Shown piece after piece: positions 39,115-51,167 of a stretch of 64,000 nucleotides of DNA. A program made the translations under genes and the position numbers. This stretch comes from Octopus sinensis (Eukaryota). Below the pieces are notes generated by a model. That model made no database searches. It saw only the letters and a list, made by a program, of their open reading frames with translations, and was not told where the DNA came from. The stretch lies in assembly GCF_006345805.1 (NCBI RefSeq), contig NC_042997.1:132060001-132124000 (forward strand), in the 5' to 3' direction. Each line of letters starts with the position of its first letter. Positions within the stretch are counted from its first letter, which is position 1.

Positions 39115-39348
39115 TTTTTATATATTTAAAAAATTTTTACTCTTTTGAAATTTTTGCTCTTTTACTACCTTTTGCACCCACCACCCTCCCTCTTTGTGAT
39201 CCCCAACTCACTAAAGATTCAACCCCACCAACCCCTTCCCTCTCTATCTCAACATCCAAACTTCCTCATTCTACATCGAGTGAAAGACGAGATGGATGCT
39301 TCATTTTTGTGCTGGTGCCCCACTCTGTCGTACGTGACTGTGAGGATT

Positions 39349-39689
39349 TCCACTGTAACTAGGTAAATAAAATCTTCAAACAGATGGTCAGTAGTGACAC
39401 CTGCTGGTTCTGACTACACTGCATTGATAAAGGGCAACAACCCTGAAACATGTCTGCAGATGTCTGACTAGCAAGGTGAAGCGGCTGACCTCCCCTGTTC
39501 GAAGGTTGTAATGGATGCAGGTTCGTGTGTCATATAGCTAGCTAGAGGCGGTGGCCTCTTGGAGCTAATCAGCAACAGCTTTAGTCTTATATTTAGACTG
39601 CCATATTAGTATGCCGATAACTATTAATATCCAGTAATGCTGCTATAATCTCCTTTAGAGAGACTTAGTAATTTTAATATTTCTATTAT
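39349..39689 (+). mobile_element. Second copy of the ~360-bp hammerhead-containing unit
   Basis: Collinear with 47916-48200 plus 47769-47897. Confidence 0.8.
39419..39459 (+). ncRNA. Type I hammerhead ribozyme candidate (U3:A8 variant)
   Basis: CTGCA-TTGATAA-AGGG(CAACAA)CCCT-GAA-ACATGT-C-TGCAG; predicted cleavage after C39454. Confidence 0.72.
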
Positions 39690-40292
39690 ATATATATATA
39701 TATATACACATATATATATACATATATATACATATATATATATTTATGTATGTATATATATGTATGTGTATATAAAAATTCAAGGTGAATACTTGATAAT
39801 TGTAAGCACCTGTATATACCATTTATTGGTGTAGGTGGTAGAGTATATTAATCAAAATAAAAACATGATGCCAAGGATTCAGCGGCACATATGTTTTGGG
39901 CCTTTATTAGACGGATTTATATATTTACTTACTTATTTATTTATATATTTATATACTTAGATACTCTTTTTATATTCTTATATGTTTTTTTATATTCTTA
40001 TATTTTTTTTATATTCTTATATCTTTTTTATATATTTAAAAAATTTTTACTCTTTTGAAATTTTTGCTCTTTTACTATCTTTGTGATCCCCAATTCACTA
40101 AAGATTCAACCCAACCAACCCCTTCCCTCTCTATCTCAACATCCAAACTTCCCCATTCTACATCGAGTGAAAGACGAGATGGATGTTTCGTTTTTGTGCT
40201 GGTGCCCCACTCTGTCGTACGCGACTGTGAGGATTTGCATCCCCAACGTAAAACTTATAATGTAATACATGTCCTTGAAGTAGTAATTGTAC

Positions 40293-40370
40293 GAGGCTGA
40301 AGAAGGCCATAGACACACATTATGCATTGTTATAAATCCGTCTAATAAAGGCCCGAAACATATGTACCGC
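40293..40370 (+). ncRNA. Hammerhead-like fold
   Basis: CTGAAGA core 40297-40303; stem II GGCC/GGCC extended by TAGAC/GTCTA; GAAA; palindromic ACATATGT; GTA site; weak stem I GAGG/CCGC. Confidence 0.55.
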
Positions 40371-40483
40371 TGAATCCTTGGCATCATGTTTTTATGTATG
40401 TGTATATATATATATATAAATGGCGGTGCCCCAGCATGGCCACAGCTCAAGAGCTGAAACTGGAAAACATAAACATAAACATA

Positions 40484-40532
<49 letters not shown>

Positions 40533-41131
40533 CACACACACACACACATCTATCCATTAAGTTATCTAGTAATATCTGTTGGCACCAGTCTTTCTTTATT
40601 TGTCGACAATGAAGTTACGAAGAAATGTTTATAAATACATGTGTGTGAGTGTGTATGTGTACATGCATTTGTTTCTGCATGTGTGTGTATATACAAAAAA
40701 AGGGCTGCTGTAATAGTATAGCATCTCAGATAAAGTGAACAGGTTCAAAACAGTAACTCTAACTGGGTTATGAGCTGACTTGGTTCATGAAGGGCTAAGC
40801 CACTTGTTCCGCATCACTTGACATCTTCTTTGATCTCTTCACAAGTGAGTAGTATCAGTGTTTTAGTTAGAGAGAGATTAAGAGATGCTAAGTGTCTAGT
40901 AATAAATTTGTCCAATAATTACTTCATGCTTAATGAACGATGTCTGCAAAGTTTCTGAAAATAGTAGCATGTTATGTGATCTAGACAGTAGCAGAAGCAA
41001 AGATCAAATATGAGTATAGAGTAAAGTTTTTCTTTCTTTTCTTTAAAAGTTGCCACTTGTGGTAAAAAGATATAAAAAAGAAAAAAGAAACCCCAGAAAA
41101 TTTTGAGGTAATAGGACTTGCAATGTAATAC

Positions 41132-41232
41132 CTCCGAGCTGATGTTCTTTAAAAGTATGTTGGCATTTGTAGTGTGAAAAGTCCCAGATTTTCACAGTTT
41201 TGTCTCCACCACATGTTGCCAGATGGTTTCCA
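41132..41232 (-). CDS. SPAG16: SPAG16 exon, WD40 repeat
   Basis: tatttcag acceptor, G|gtatta donor; 101 nt. GNHLATCGGDKTVKIWDFSHYKCQHTFKEHQLG. Confidence 0.95.
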
Positions 41233-41312
41233 CTGAAATAAATAAGGGAGATTTTAGAAAGGGAGAAAACTCTAAGAAAAAGTTCTCAAGAAGCCAAAAA
41301 GGATATACCAGT

Positions 41313-41541
41313 TTAACTCTTTAGTGTTCACATTATTCTGCCAAAATTAATCCTTTTTTATCCACATTGTTTTGAACTAATCATACGTTATGTTGTAGCT
41401 TAGAGATTTTGATGAGGTAACTGTTAACTTTTAAAATGATATTGTAGGGTTGGTGTGAGAGACCAAATCTGGCCAGTTTGAACATAAAATAGGCAGAGTA
41501 CTTTTGGCCGGATATGGCCGGTTTAAAAGCTAAAGGGTTAA
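41313..41541. mobile_element. TTAA-flanked MITE (piggyBac-like ends); related copy at ~49890-50125, similar ends at ~34437-34633
   Basis: Ends ttaactctttag ... ctaaagggttaa; reverse-complement homologue near 49890-50125. Confidence 0.6.
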
Positions 41542-42227
41542 AATATCTTGCTTTGGATCCTCAACTCACCTGTTGTAGTGATACTATTCTAACATATCAT
41601 TTGTCTTGGGTGTGTAAACTTGGTCTGACTATAGTGGATTTCTTAACACTTCAGGTTTCACAATAATGGATTTCTTAACATGCAGAAAGAGAATGGGAGA
41701 GGGAGGGAGAGAGAAGAGAAGGAGAAAGAGCGGGAGAGAGGAAAAGAGTGGAAGAGAGTTAGGGGGTAGAGTGACAGAAAGAGAACTAGCCTGTATCAGA
41801 CTATATCTTAAACTTATTTATTGGCCCTGAGAAAGATGAAAGACAAAGATGACCTCAGCGGCATTTGAACTCAAGAATACAGGCAGCTAGAAGGAATACT
41901 GCAAGGCACTCTAACCAATGCTTTAATGCACTAATGGCTGCAAATTTTCCACTTTGAGTATGAAAAGATAAAAAATGTAAAATGTAATGTAAAAATATAA
42001 ATTTATTTTTAAGACCATTCGAGCATGGCTGATGCCAGTGCTGCTTGACCGGCTCCCATCCCGGTGGAACATAAAAAGCACCATTAATATCTGTATACAT
42101 GCAAACAGAGTGGAAGCAAAGACTGAAGACTTTTGGATGATGACTTTTTAAGTATTGTTATATAAATATTTATATTAATTCGAAGATTAGATAATTAGGG
42201 TCTCATTTGTTTACAGTACAGAAATAA

Positions 42228-43497
42228 TTGGTCATCCCATAAATAATGCGATTTTTAAAATTCTTCTTTTATTTTTCAGAATTAAGATAAACAAGGCCCT
42301 TTTTTAATCTAAAATATACTCTCCTTCATTTTCCACAATGCTCTTCCATCTATCTGGTAGACTTGCAAGATCTCTCTACTAAAATTCACTTGCCCATGAC
42401 AAAAAATACTCCTCCAGTATTGTTCTGATCTTGTCTACAGAATTCATATATTTTCGTCGAAATGATTTTGAAGACAGTGAAATAGATGATAATCAGATGG
42501 GGCAATGTCCGGCAAATATGGTGGGTGGGGCATCGTTTCTCATTCAAGCTGCTCCAGCCTTTGGAATGTCATCCTTGCTGTATGTGGTCAAGCATTAACC
42601 TGATGGAAGAACATTTTTCATCTTGAAACCTAAGATGGTAATTTTTCTTCTAGTGCTGACTGAAGCCACTCAAGCTGCTCACAGTAGATCTCTTTTGTTA
42701 TCATTTGATTTGGGTTTAAAAGTTCAAAGGGGACTAAATCTTCCATATACCACCAAACAGATAACAACCTCCTTTAGCCTGGGGTGCTGGTATTTCTCCT
42801 TTCCCTACCCACTGTATTTGGTGCTTGACATTTTATAGAGAACCCATTTCTTGTCACCAGTCACCATTCAGTCCAAAAAAGGTTCATTTGTGAAACATGA
42901 CAGCAAAGTAGAGCACACATTCACTCTCTGCATGCAATTAGACTTGGAATATTTGTGAAGAATCCATTGATTCAATTTGCTGAATTCTCTAATGGCACGC
43001 AGGTGTCGATGGATGGTTGAATTAGCAATCCCAAGCTTCTCTGCTAGTTCTTCAACAGTTATGATGGGATTATATTCCACCAGAGTTAGCAGGATGTCTT
43101 CATCAAACACTAGAGATCTTCTAGGACCAGGCTTGTCTTCTAGGCTGTAGTTTCCAGCTCAGAATTTCTGGAACCATCATTGATACTGTCCTACGCTTAT
43201 TGTCCAATCCCCATATACTGAATTAATATTCCTCACACTTACCATTGCATTGTTACCTTTATTGAATTCATGAAACAAAAGCATACTGAATATGCTCCTT
43301 TGTCACTTCCATTATAACTTTGGGAACAGAACTGTCAAAATCGAACTGCCCTCTTCAAAACTTGCACTAAGAATAAGTACAAGATAAAATTACTACCTGC
43401 TTTTATTGCAAATTAATGCAGGTAGTTTATCCTGTCTCCCTCTCACTTTTAGTTCATTCAATTGAAAAAAGTGCATTATTTATGGGATGACCCAATA
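42228..43497 (-). mobile_element. Mariner transposon, full length, decayed
   Basis: TIRs ttggtcatcccataaataatgc / gcattatttatgggatgacccaa; HTH (ITVEELAEKLG..STI.RHL), VTGDKKW and HPPYLPDIAPSDY remnants. Confidence 0.9.
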
Positions 43498-43911
43498 CAT
43501 TATTATAATTTAAAGTGTGACAAGTGCATGTTGAGGAGGTCAAATACAAGAGAAACATGCCCAGAGTCATCACCATACACGCCAAAGATCAAACTCACTC
43601 CTCACTGGATTCTCCATTCAAATTTAAGCTAACTTTAGTTAAACCAAATTTTGGAGTTGTCTCCTCAACTTCTCTTGACCCAAAGTATTTATTCTGGCTC
43701 ATTGTGTTCTGAGTTCAGATCCCATCAAAGCTGACTTTGGTTTAATACCATTGCTTGATCTTAAGGCGCCTTTAGTGAAGTCCATTCTGTTGTGAAATTT
43801 GTGGCTAGGTCTTCAGTTTGAGGATACTTCCCTCCAACCCTGAAAAGGATCATAGGCACTGTTTTTCTCCTGATTAGGCAATAATCAGGTATTTAAAGGG
43901 AAAAAAATTGG

Positions 43912-44140
43912 CAAGACAGTCAGTCACCCACTGACACTCGTTGACGCTACATTGAAGAGGCCAGGGAACAGAAGAAAGAAGACATGCACACAAAACTAGA
44001 GATGAAGACACCTCTGAAAGGGAAGGGGGCCCACCATGTCAAAACGGTAGAGGAGTAGGGGTTGAAACTGGACGTGGTTCCTCCTGATGATTTCTTGAGC
44101 TGTTGTGGTAGCAGACCACGAAACACGGTTGAAATTCCTT
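43912..44140. repeat. Unclassified dispersed repeat (second copy 54696-54943)
   Basis: aagacagtca..cccactgacactc.ttgacgctac ... ggttgaaattcct shared by both copies. Confidence 0.8.
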
Positions 44141-44208
44141 TAAATAAATGAATAATGAACAACATGCTGATGGCCTTACTAAGGCTGATGATGAACAGGT
44201 GTACTTAC

Positions 44209-44352
44209 TCATCGTTAAATGCACAGTCTGCTACCCATTCAGTATGTCCTTCACCGGTCACTATCAATTCACCTGCTGGCATTGACCATAATTTCCAGGT
44301 CTTATCATCACTGGCTGTAGCGAGGAGCTTCGACTTAGGTTGGAGACACACA
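44209..44352 (-). CDS. SPAG16: SPAG16 exon, WD40 repeat
   Basis: ctctgtag acceptor, GA|gtaagt donor; 144 nt. VCLQPKSKLLATASDDKTWKLWSMPAGELIVTGEGHTEWVADCAFND. Confidence 0.95.
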
Positions 44353-44534
44353 CTACAGAGGAGGAATGGAATGAAACAGAAAGGTTTAGAGAAAAATAAC
44401 CTCAAGCACAGATGTGTGGAAGACAGGTTCACTATCTAGGTTTGGACCCACAGTGTGGCGTCTTGGGTAAATTGTGAGTTGAACAATACTTTATGGGGTG
44501 AAAATATCATAGAGAAAAACTATGTGGAAGCACA

Positions 44535-45181
44535 TTGTGTGTGTGTATTTGGGTGAATGCGTGTGTGTGTATGTGTGTCTGTGTATTTGGGTGCATGTGT
44601 GTACATGTAGGTATGTGTGCATATGTGTGTGTGTGTGTGTGCTTGTGTGTGTGTGTTTGAATGTGTATATCTGTGTGTGTGTGTGTGTATTTGGGTGCAT
44701 GTGTGTACATGTAGGTATGTGTGCATATGTGTGTGTGTGTGCATGTGTGTGTATGTGTTTGAATGTGTATATCTGTGTATGTGTGTGTGTATTTGGGTGC
44801 ATGTGTGTACATGTAGGTATGTGTGCATATGTGTGTGTGTGCATGTGTGTGTATGTGTTTGAATGTGTATATCTGTGTATGTGTGTGTGTATTTGGGTAC
44901 ATGTGTGTGCATGTGAGTATGCGTGCATATGTGTGCATGTGTGCTTGTGTATGTATGTGTTTGAATGTGTATATATGTGTATGTGTGTATGTGTGTATGT
45001 GTATTTGAGTGCATGTGTGTGCATGTGGGTGTGTGTATGTTTGTGTATGCGTTTCAATGTATATATCTGTGTGTGTTTGTGTGTATTTGGGTGCATGCTT
45101 GTACATGTGGGTGTGTATGCATATGTGTGTGTGTGTGCATGTGTGTGTGTATGTGTGAGCATGTGTGTATGTGTGTGTGTG
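44535..45181. repeat. TG-rich minisatellite with ~100-bp higher-order period
   Basis: atttgggt recurs near 44585, 44689, 44791, 44891 and 45085. Confidence 0.85.
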
Positions 45182-45982
45182 AAGAGGAGCTTTTCAGTTA
45201 CAATTTATTAAAGTATATTCTTTTGAATTGAGTCCTGTAATTTAGTGTTCCTGGTCCGTCAACAGAGATACAGGTATACATTTAAATGTATGGTGATATA
45301 TATATTGGCTTCCATGCCGGTAGCACGTAAAAGGCACCCACAACACTCATGGAGTGGTTGGTGTTAGGAAGGGCATCCAGTTGTAGAAACACTGCCAGAT
45401 AAGACAGGAGCCTGGTGCAGCCTCCTAGCTTCCCAGATCAAGGTTGAACTGTCCAACCCATGCTAGCATGGAAAACGGACATTAAACGATGATGATGATG
45501 ATATATATATATATATTTGTATGCTTTTGATGTTCTCATTTGTAAAATGAATAAATAATATAGCATTACAATAACCGTAAGTTGATGAACAAACTGAATT
45601 TGTTACGGTAAAGATATTTCTTTACCTTCACCCATTTAATACAATAAATGAATTAATTGCATTGCTTTAAAAAACATTTGTGTATAAAAGAATCTGGGTA
45701 CTTTACCAACAGTATATTGGATAATTGATATCCCATAGTGAGTTACATCCATAACCCCTATCTTACTTTGTACTATATCATCATCATCATCATTTAACGT
45801 CCGTTTTCCGCGCTAGCACGGGTTGGACGGTTCGACCGGGGTCTGGGGAGCCAAGGGCTGCCCCAGGCTCCAGTCTGATCTGGCAGTGTTTCTACAGCTG
45901 GATGCCCTTCCTAATGCCAAAAAGGAGATGTGGAACACGAGAAAGCATTTTATTTTATTATATTTTTTTCTGCATGTTTTAT

Positions 45983-47532
45983 TGTAGAGGGTGCTCAATT
46001 TGAGCATTTGTTAAGGTTAATTTCAATAATATGTTTTTGAAATCAGAAGGGGTGTATTCTTTTAAAAAACTAGGGTGACAGATGGTTATGTGTTTTATAA
46101 TTTTTATAAGTTGCCAGATCTTTCATCTACAAAGTTTATAAGGAACTAGAGATTGAAGATGGAAATGAATCACCAGTATCAAAGCATAAAAAGCATTCTA
46201 AACACTCTGAAAGCATCAGAATGCCTGAATTTATCCAGCAACTTCAACAGACCATTGATTACAATCTCAGAAGGAACAGTTAGAAATGTTGTCCACGAAA
46301 ACATCAGATATGTCTTTTATGATGAGGAAAGTTCAATTTGTGAGAAAAAGCAAAAGAAAATCACTACACCAGATCTGATGGAAGCACTCCGTCGGTTACG
46401 ACGATGAGGGTTCCGGTTAATCCGATCAACGGAACAGCCTGCTCGTGAAATTAACGTGTAAGTGGCTGAGCATTCCACAGACACGTGTACCCTTAACGTA
46501 GTTCTCAGGGATATTCAGCGTGACACAGAGAGTGACAAGGCCGGCCCTTTGAAATACAGGTACAACAGAAACAGGAAGTAAGAATGAGAGAAAGTTGTGG
46601 TGAAAGAGTACAGCAGGGATCACCACCATCCCTGCCGGAGCCTCATGGAGCTTTAGGTGTTTTCGCTCAATAAACACTCACAACGCCCGGTCTGGGAATC
46701 GAAACTACGATCCTACGACCGTGAGTCCGCTGCCCTAACCACTGGGCCATTGCGCCTCCACCAGATCTAAAAGGCTCTTAAACTGAAAATTCCAGCAGAA
46801 GTAGATATGAGTTGGTTTTTCTCAAGTGAGAAAAACTTCGACCAAGCTCAAAAAGTTAACAGAAGAAATGACAGATGGTTATGAGCAGACCCTTCTGAAG
46901 TTCCAAGTGTTATGCATACAAAATTTCTGCAACTGTCATGGTTTTAGGGGTTGTAAGCAATGAAGGACATGTGATGCCTCCTTACTTCTTTCCACAAGGC
47001 CTTAGAGTTAATTCTGCCACCTACATTGAGGTCCTGAAAATAATTGTTAAGCCCTGGATAGACAGTGTATGCAATAGAAGGCCATATGTGTTTTCGTAAG
47101 ACTCTACACTATCACACATGGCTCTTGTAACACAGGAATGGATGGTTGAAAATTTTCATGATCACATAATCCCTAACATTTGACCTCCTAATTCCCCAGA
47201 TCTCAATCCATAGGACTGTTACATGTGGAGCATTGTTGAGAGGGAGGTCAATGAACATGCCCATAACACCAAAGATTCTTTGAAAGCTGCCATAGTCAGA
47301 GTAATGTCCAAAATGAACCAGGAGCACTTGATTCAAGTATGTAGTTGATTTAGTTCTCATATAGAAGCAGTTGTTGAAGCTATAGGTGGCTTTATTGAAT
47401 GACATTATAAAAAAGAAGGTTTGCTTTTATTCTCATAGCATTTCTTGATAAATAAAGTTATTATCTGTTATTATATATCTATTTTTTTTTGATAAATATA
47501 AATCTGTCCTCAAATATCTTACACACCCTGTA
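45983..47532 (+). mobile_element. Tc1/mariner (maT/DD37D-like) transposon, decayed, interrupted by a SINE
   Basis: FFS.EKNF....NRRNDRW, VMVLGVVS, VKPWI and PPNSPDLNP.D..W motifs; 3' end caccctg-TA; 5' boundary uncertain. Confidence 0.8.
46377..46760 (-). mobile_element. SINE family C, tail type 3
   Basis: TSD caccagatct (46367-46376, 46759-46768) inside the maT transposase. Confidence 0.88.
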
Positions 47533-47543
47533 TATATATATGA

Positions 47544-47578
<35 letters not shown>

Positions 47579-47581
<3 letters not shown>

Positions 47582-48200
47582 AATAGAAATATTAAAATTA
47601 CTAAGTCTCTCTAAAGGAGATTACGGCAGCGTTACTGGAAATTAATAGTTATCGCCATACTTATATGGCAGTCTTATAAATATAAGACTAAAGCTGTCGC
47701 TGATTAGCTCCAAGAGGCCACCGCCTCAAGCTAGCTATTTGACACACAACCTGCGTCCATTATAAACATTGGAGCTAATCAGCGACAGCTTTAGTCTTAT
47801 AAGACTGCCATATAAGTATGGCGATAACTATTAATTCCCAGTAACACTGCCGTAATCTCCTTTAGAGAGACTTAGTAATTTTAATATTTCTATTATTGAA
47901 AACAAGTGGATGTATTCCACTGAAACTAGGTAAATAAATTCTTTGAACAGGGACAGTCAGTAGCGACACCTGCTGGGTCTGACTACGCTGCATTGATAAA
48001 GGGTAAATACCCTGAAACATGTCTGCAGCTGTCTGACTGGCAGGATGAAGCGGCTGACCTCCCCTGTTCGATGGTTTATAATGAACGCAGGTTGTGTGTC
48101 AAATAGCTAGCTTGAGGCGGTGGCCTCTTGGAGCTAATCAGCGACAGCTTTAGTCTTATATTTATAAGACTGCCATATAAGTATGGCGATAACTATTAAT
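47579..48200 (+). mobile_element. Penelope-like pLTR / retrozyme-like repeat (inverted + tandem arrangement)
   Basis: 47579-47767 is the inverted 3' part. 47769-48200 is ~1.2 head-to-tail units with period 359 (ggagctaatc at 47771 and 48130). Contains a hammerhead fold. Confidence 0.75.
47987..48029 (+). ncRNA. Type I hammerhead ribozyme candidate (U3:A8 variant)
   Basis: GCTGCA-TTGATAA-AGGGT(AAAT)ACCCT-GAA-ACATGT-C-TGCAGC; predicted cleavage after C48023. Confidence 0.75.
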
Positions 48201-48800
48201 ATATATATATATATATATAGTATTACCACACATATATATGTACAGCTGAATCTCTGTTGATTCACCAGAAACAATAAATTATATATGTATGTATACATAT
48301 ACATATATGTGTGTGTGTGTGTGTGTGCGTGTGTATGTATACATATGTATATATATATGTGTGTGTGTGTATGTATGAATGTTTGTATGTATTTACATAC
48401 ATGTATATATGGTGGTAATGATAAAGACGATGATGGGATTAATAATGATGATGATGGTGATGATGATGATGATGGGGGTGATGATGATGATGACGACGAC
48501 GACGATGATGGTGATGATGACGAGGAGGATGATGATGGTAATGATGATGATGATGATGATGATGATGGTGATGATGATAATGTCGATGGTGATGATGACA
48601 ATGATTTACTGACAGCTTTTGTGACACTGGAGAGAAAGTTGATTAGTATCCAACAGTGATGAGATAACACCTTCGTCTCTTTGGTCTTTGTCTGAAGCAC
48701 AGACAGACAAACAGGTGTCTTCACTTACTTCTGTCTATGCAACCAACGGAACACCATTTCTCAATCGATGACAAAACTCAATAAGATACTGTTAACAAAC

Positions 48801-48937
48801 CTGCTTATAGCATCTTTATGTCCAATATAGGTTTTGGTCAGTTTGAAACCACCGGCTCGGATAGGGTAGCTGCTCAGAGTCTTATTCATTAGCAAAAGTG
48901 GGTTTATCCTTCTGTCCGATGGAAATTTGGAGTCCTT
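48801..48937 (-). CDS. SPAG16: SPAG16 exon
   Basis: tttacag acceptor, AG|gtttgt donor; 137 nt. KDSKFPSDRRINPLLLMNKTLSSYPIRAGGFKLTKTYIGHKDAIS resembles the SPAG16 KDSEFP...KL....H...S segment. Confidence 0.9.
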
Positions 48938-50205
48938 CTGTAAACAGAAACAACAATCAGGGACACAGTATTAGAGGAGTGGGGCAGGCAGAAGTAATAG
49001 TAGTAGTAGTAACAGCAGTAGTGGTGGTGGTGGTGGTGGTGGTGGCGGTGGTGGTGTTATAGTAGCAGCAGCAGTAGTAGTTTAGCTCCAGGTCAGTCTT
49101 AGTCAAGTAGATCTGTTACTTATCAAAGATTTTCCAACCATAATCTTTCTCATTCATGCTGTTCCTTTTCAATCTTTACACCTACAACCATCATGAGAAT
49201 GTGTCTTTCTTGCTCTCTCTCTCTTTCTATCTTTTCTTCTTTCTCTTTTCTTATTCTTTCCTCTATCAGCTCCTTTAACTCTACTAACTCTCATCCTGGT
49301 TCTCTCTCCCATCCCCACCAACACCTTCTCAGTTGTGTCACTTTTATTCATTCTCCTTACCAATAACCATCACATAGCTGCCTATCACACATACACACAC
49401 ACACACACTCTCTCTCTCTCTCTCATTCTTCCTTTATTCATTCATTCATTATTTTTTTGTATTGGTTCTCTTTTCACCCACTAGTATGGAAAAGAAACAA
49501 ACAAAAGCATTGCACAATGTAAGGATGGAGTGAACATTAATAGTTTTTTCTGGGCAAAGACACTGACCAAATGGAGAGTATGCAGTGTAGAAAGGACTCG
49601 TTAGTCTTTCCAGAGACAAGACAAGCTGTCTAGTGGTGGTACTATGATAAATTGCTCCCAGCAGATTGTGTAAAGTGATTGGCAATGAGAAGAGCATCCA
49701 ATCATAGACGTCACATTAAAAATGCTACATACATGCAATACATAGCCCTTAATCTTTACCTATCTAGGGGGCAATAATTCTAAACAAGGCCTAATTAAGA
49801 CTGCAATGTCCTCTGTAACCCAGGACAGTAAGGGAAAGCAAACAGAAAATGATGATGATGATGGTAGTGGTGACAGTGGTGGTGAGTGATAGGGTCCATT
49901 AGTAAGCATTTAAACTGACCATATCTGGCCAAAATAATTTAGCAGTTTTATTCTTTGAACTGGATAGATTTGGCCTCTCACATTTACCCTACAAAATTAT
50001 TCTACAAATAAACAATCATGTCATTGAAATCTCAAAGCTACAAGGTAAGGCATGACTAATTCATATCAATGTGTATAAATAAGCTTTACATTTTTGACAG
50101 AGTAATTTGAATGCTAAAGGGTTACTGGTTCAAGAAGGAACAAAATCAACATATATGTGTGTGTGTATATTGCTAAAATGTCTTATTGACGAGTTTCGTT
50201 TTTTC

Positions 50206-50291
50206 ACTTTCCTGAAGAGAAGATTGCATTGTTTATACCATTTATTCTTTTGAATAATATCAGTGGAATTTTCGAAACATGTGTTGAAAGT
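50206..50291 (+). ncRNA. Degenerate hammerhead-like fold
   Basis: CTGAAGA 50212-50218; stem II GAAGATT/AATTTTC; GAAACATGT. The cleavage triplet is GTG and stem I is offset, so it is probably inactive. Confidence 0.4.
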
Positions 50292-50503
50292 AAAAATATT
50301 TGATTTATACCTGCATTAAACTCCATTTATTTATTCATATATTATACAAAAAATTCCACGTAAACATGAAGTTTCTACCTTTATAAACAATGAGTTACAA
50401 CCTCTTTACTTGTGAGATTTTTTGCTACCCTGGTAACTATTTATTTATTTTTTCCGTGTTAATTGTTAACAAGGTAAAAATACACTCATCTATTTATATA
50501 TAT

Positions 50504-50542
<39 letters not shown>

Positions 50543-51167
50543 GTTTAACATCTGCTTTCAATGCTAGCATGGGTTGGATGATTTGACTGAGGACTGGCGA
50601 ACCAGATGGCTGCACCAGGCTCCAATCTTGATCTGGCTGAGTTTCTACAGCTGGATGTCCTTCCTAATGCCAACCACTTTGAGAGGAATGGGGGGGGGGG
50701 GTTAAGAGGTAGAGGAAATACCAATGTATTGTAGTAGCTTCCGATTCCTCTACCTTTTACACTATGATACCTTTCTCTCTCTATCCCCACTCCTACTTTC
50801 AAATTATCTCCACTAACCACTGACCAACCTCTATCTTAATTTTTCTTTTATTTTTTTCCTTACTCCCTTTATTCATATCTTCAGGGCTTTTATTCTCTAT
50901 TGTATTTTTTGTTATTTTTACTAATCTTCTTTCTTTTTTCTCTTTCATTCTTTCTTTCTCTCCTCCTTTTTCTCTCTTACTCTCTCTTTTTGTTTCATTC
51001 CTCTCTTCCTGTTTTCAATTTAACCATACTAATAAACACCCTATTTCTAGGTCAGTTTGAATATAAACCTTGAATTTGCTACACTCTATATAAATTCCCT
51101 ACTGGGAATGACCAACTCTATATCTGGATGGACTCATATTAATCTCTGTTGAACTTTTGGATTTTAT

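Larger units (their letters stand above)
39115..40395 (+). mobile_element. Penelope-like composite (second family)
   Basis: Direct repeat 39115-39348 / 40025-40236, inverted repeat 39858-39921 / 40331-40395, hammerhead-like fold at 40293-40370. Confidence 0.6.
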
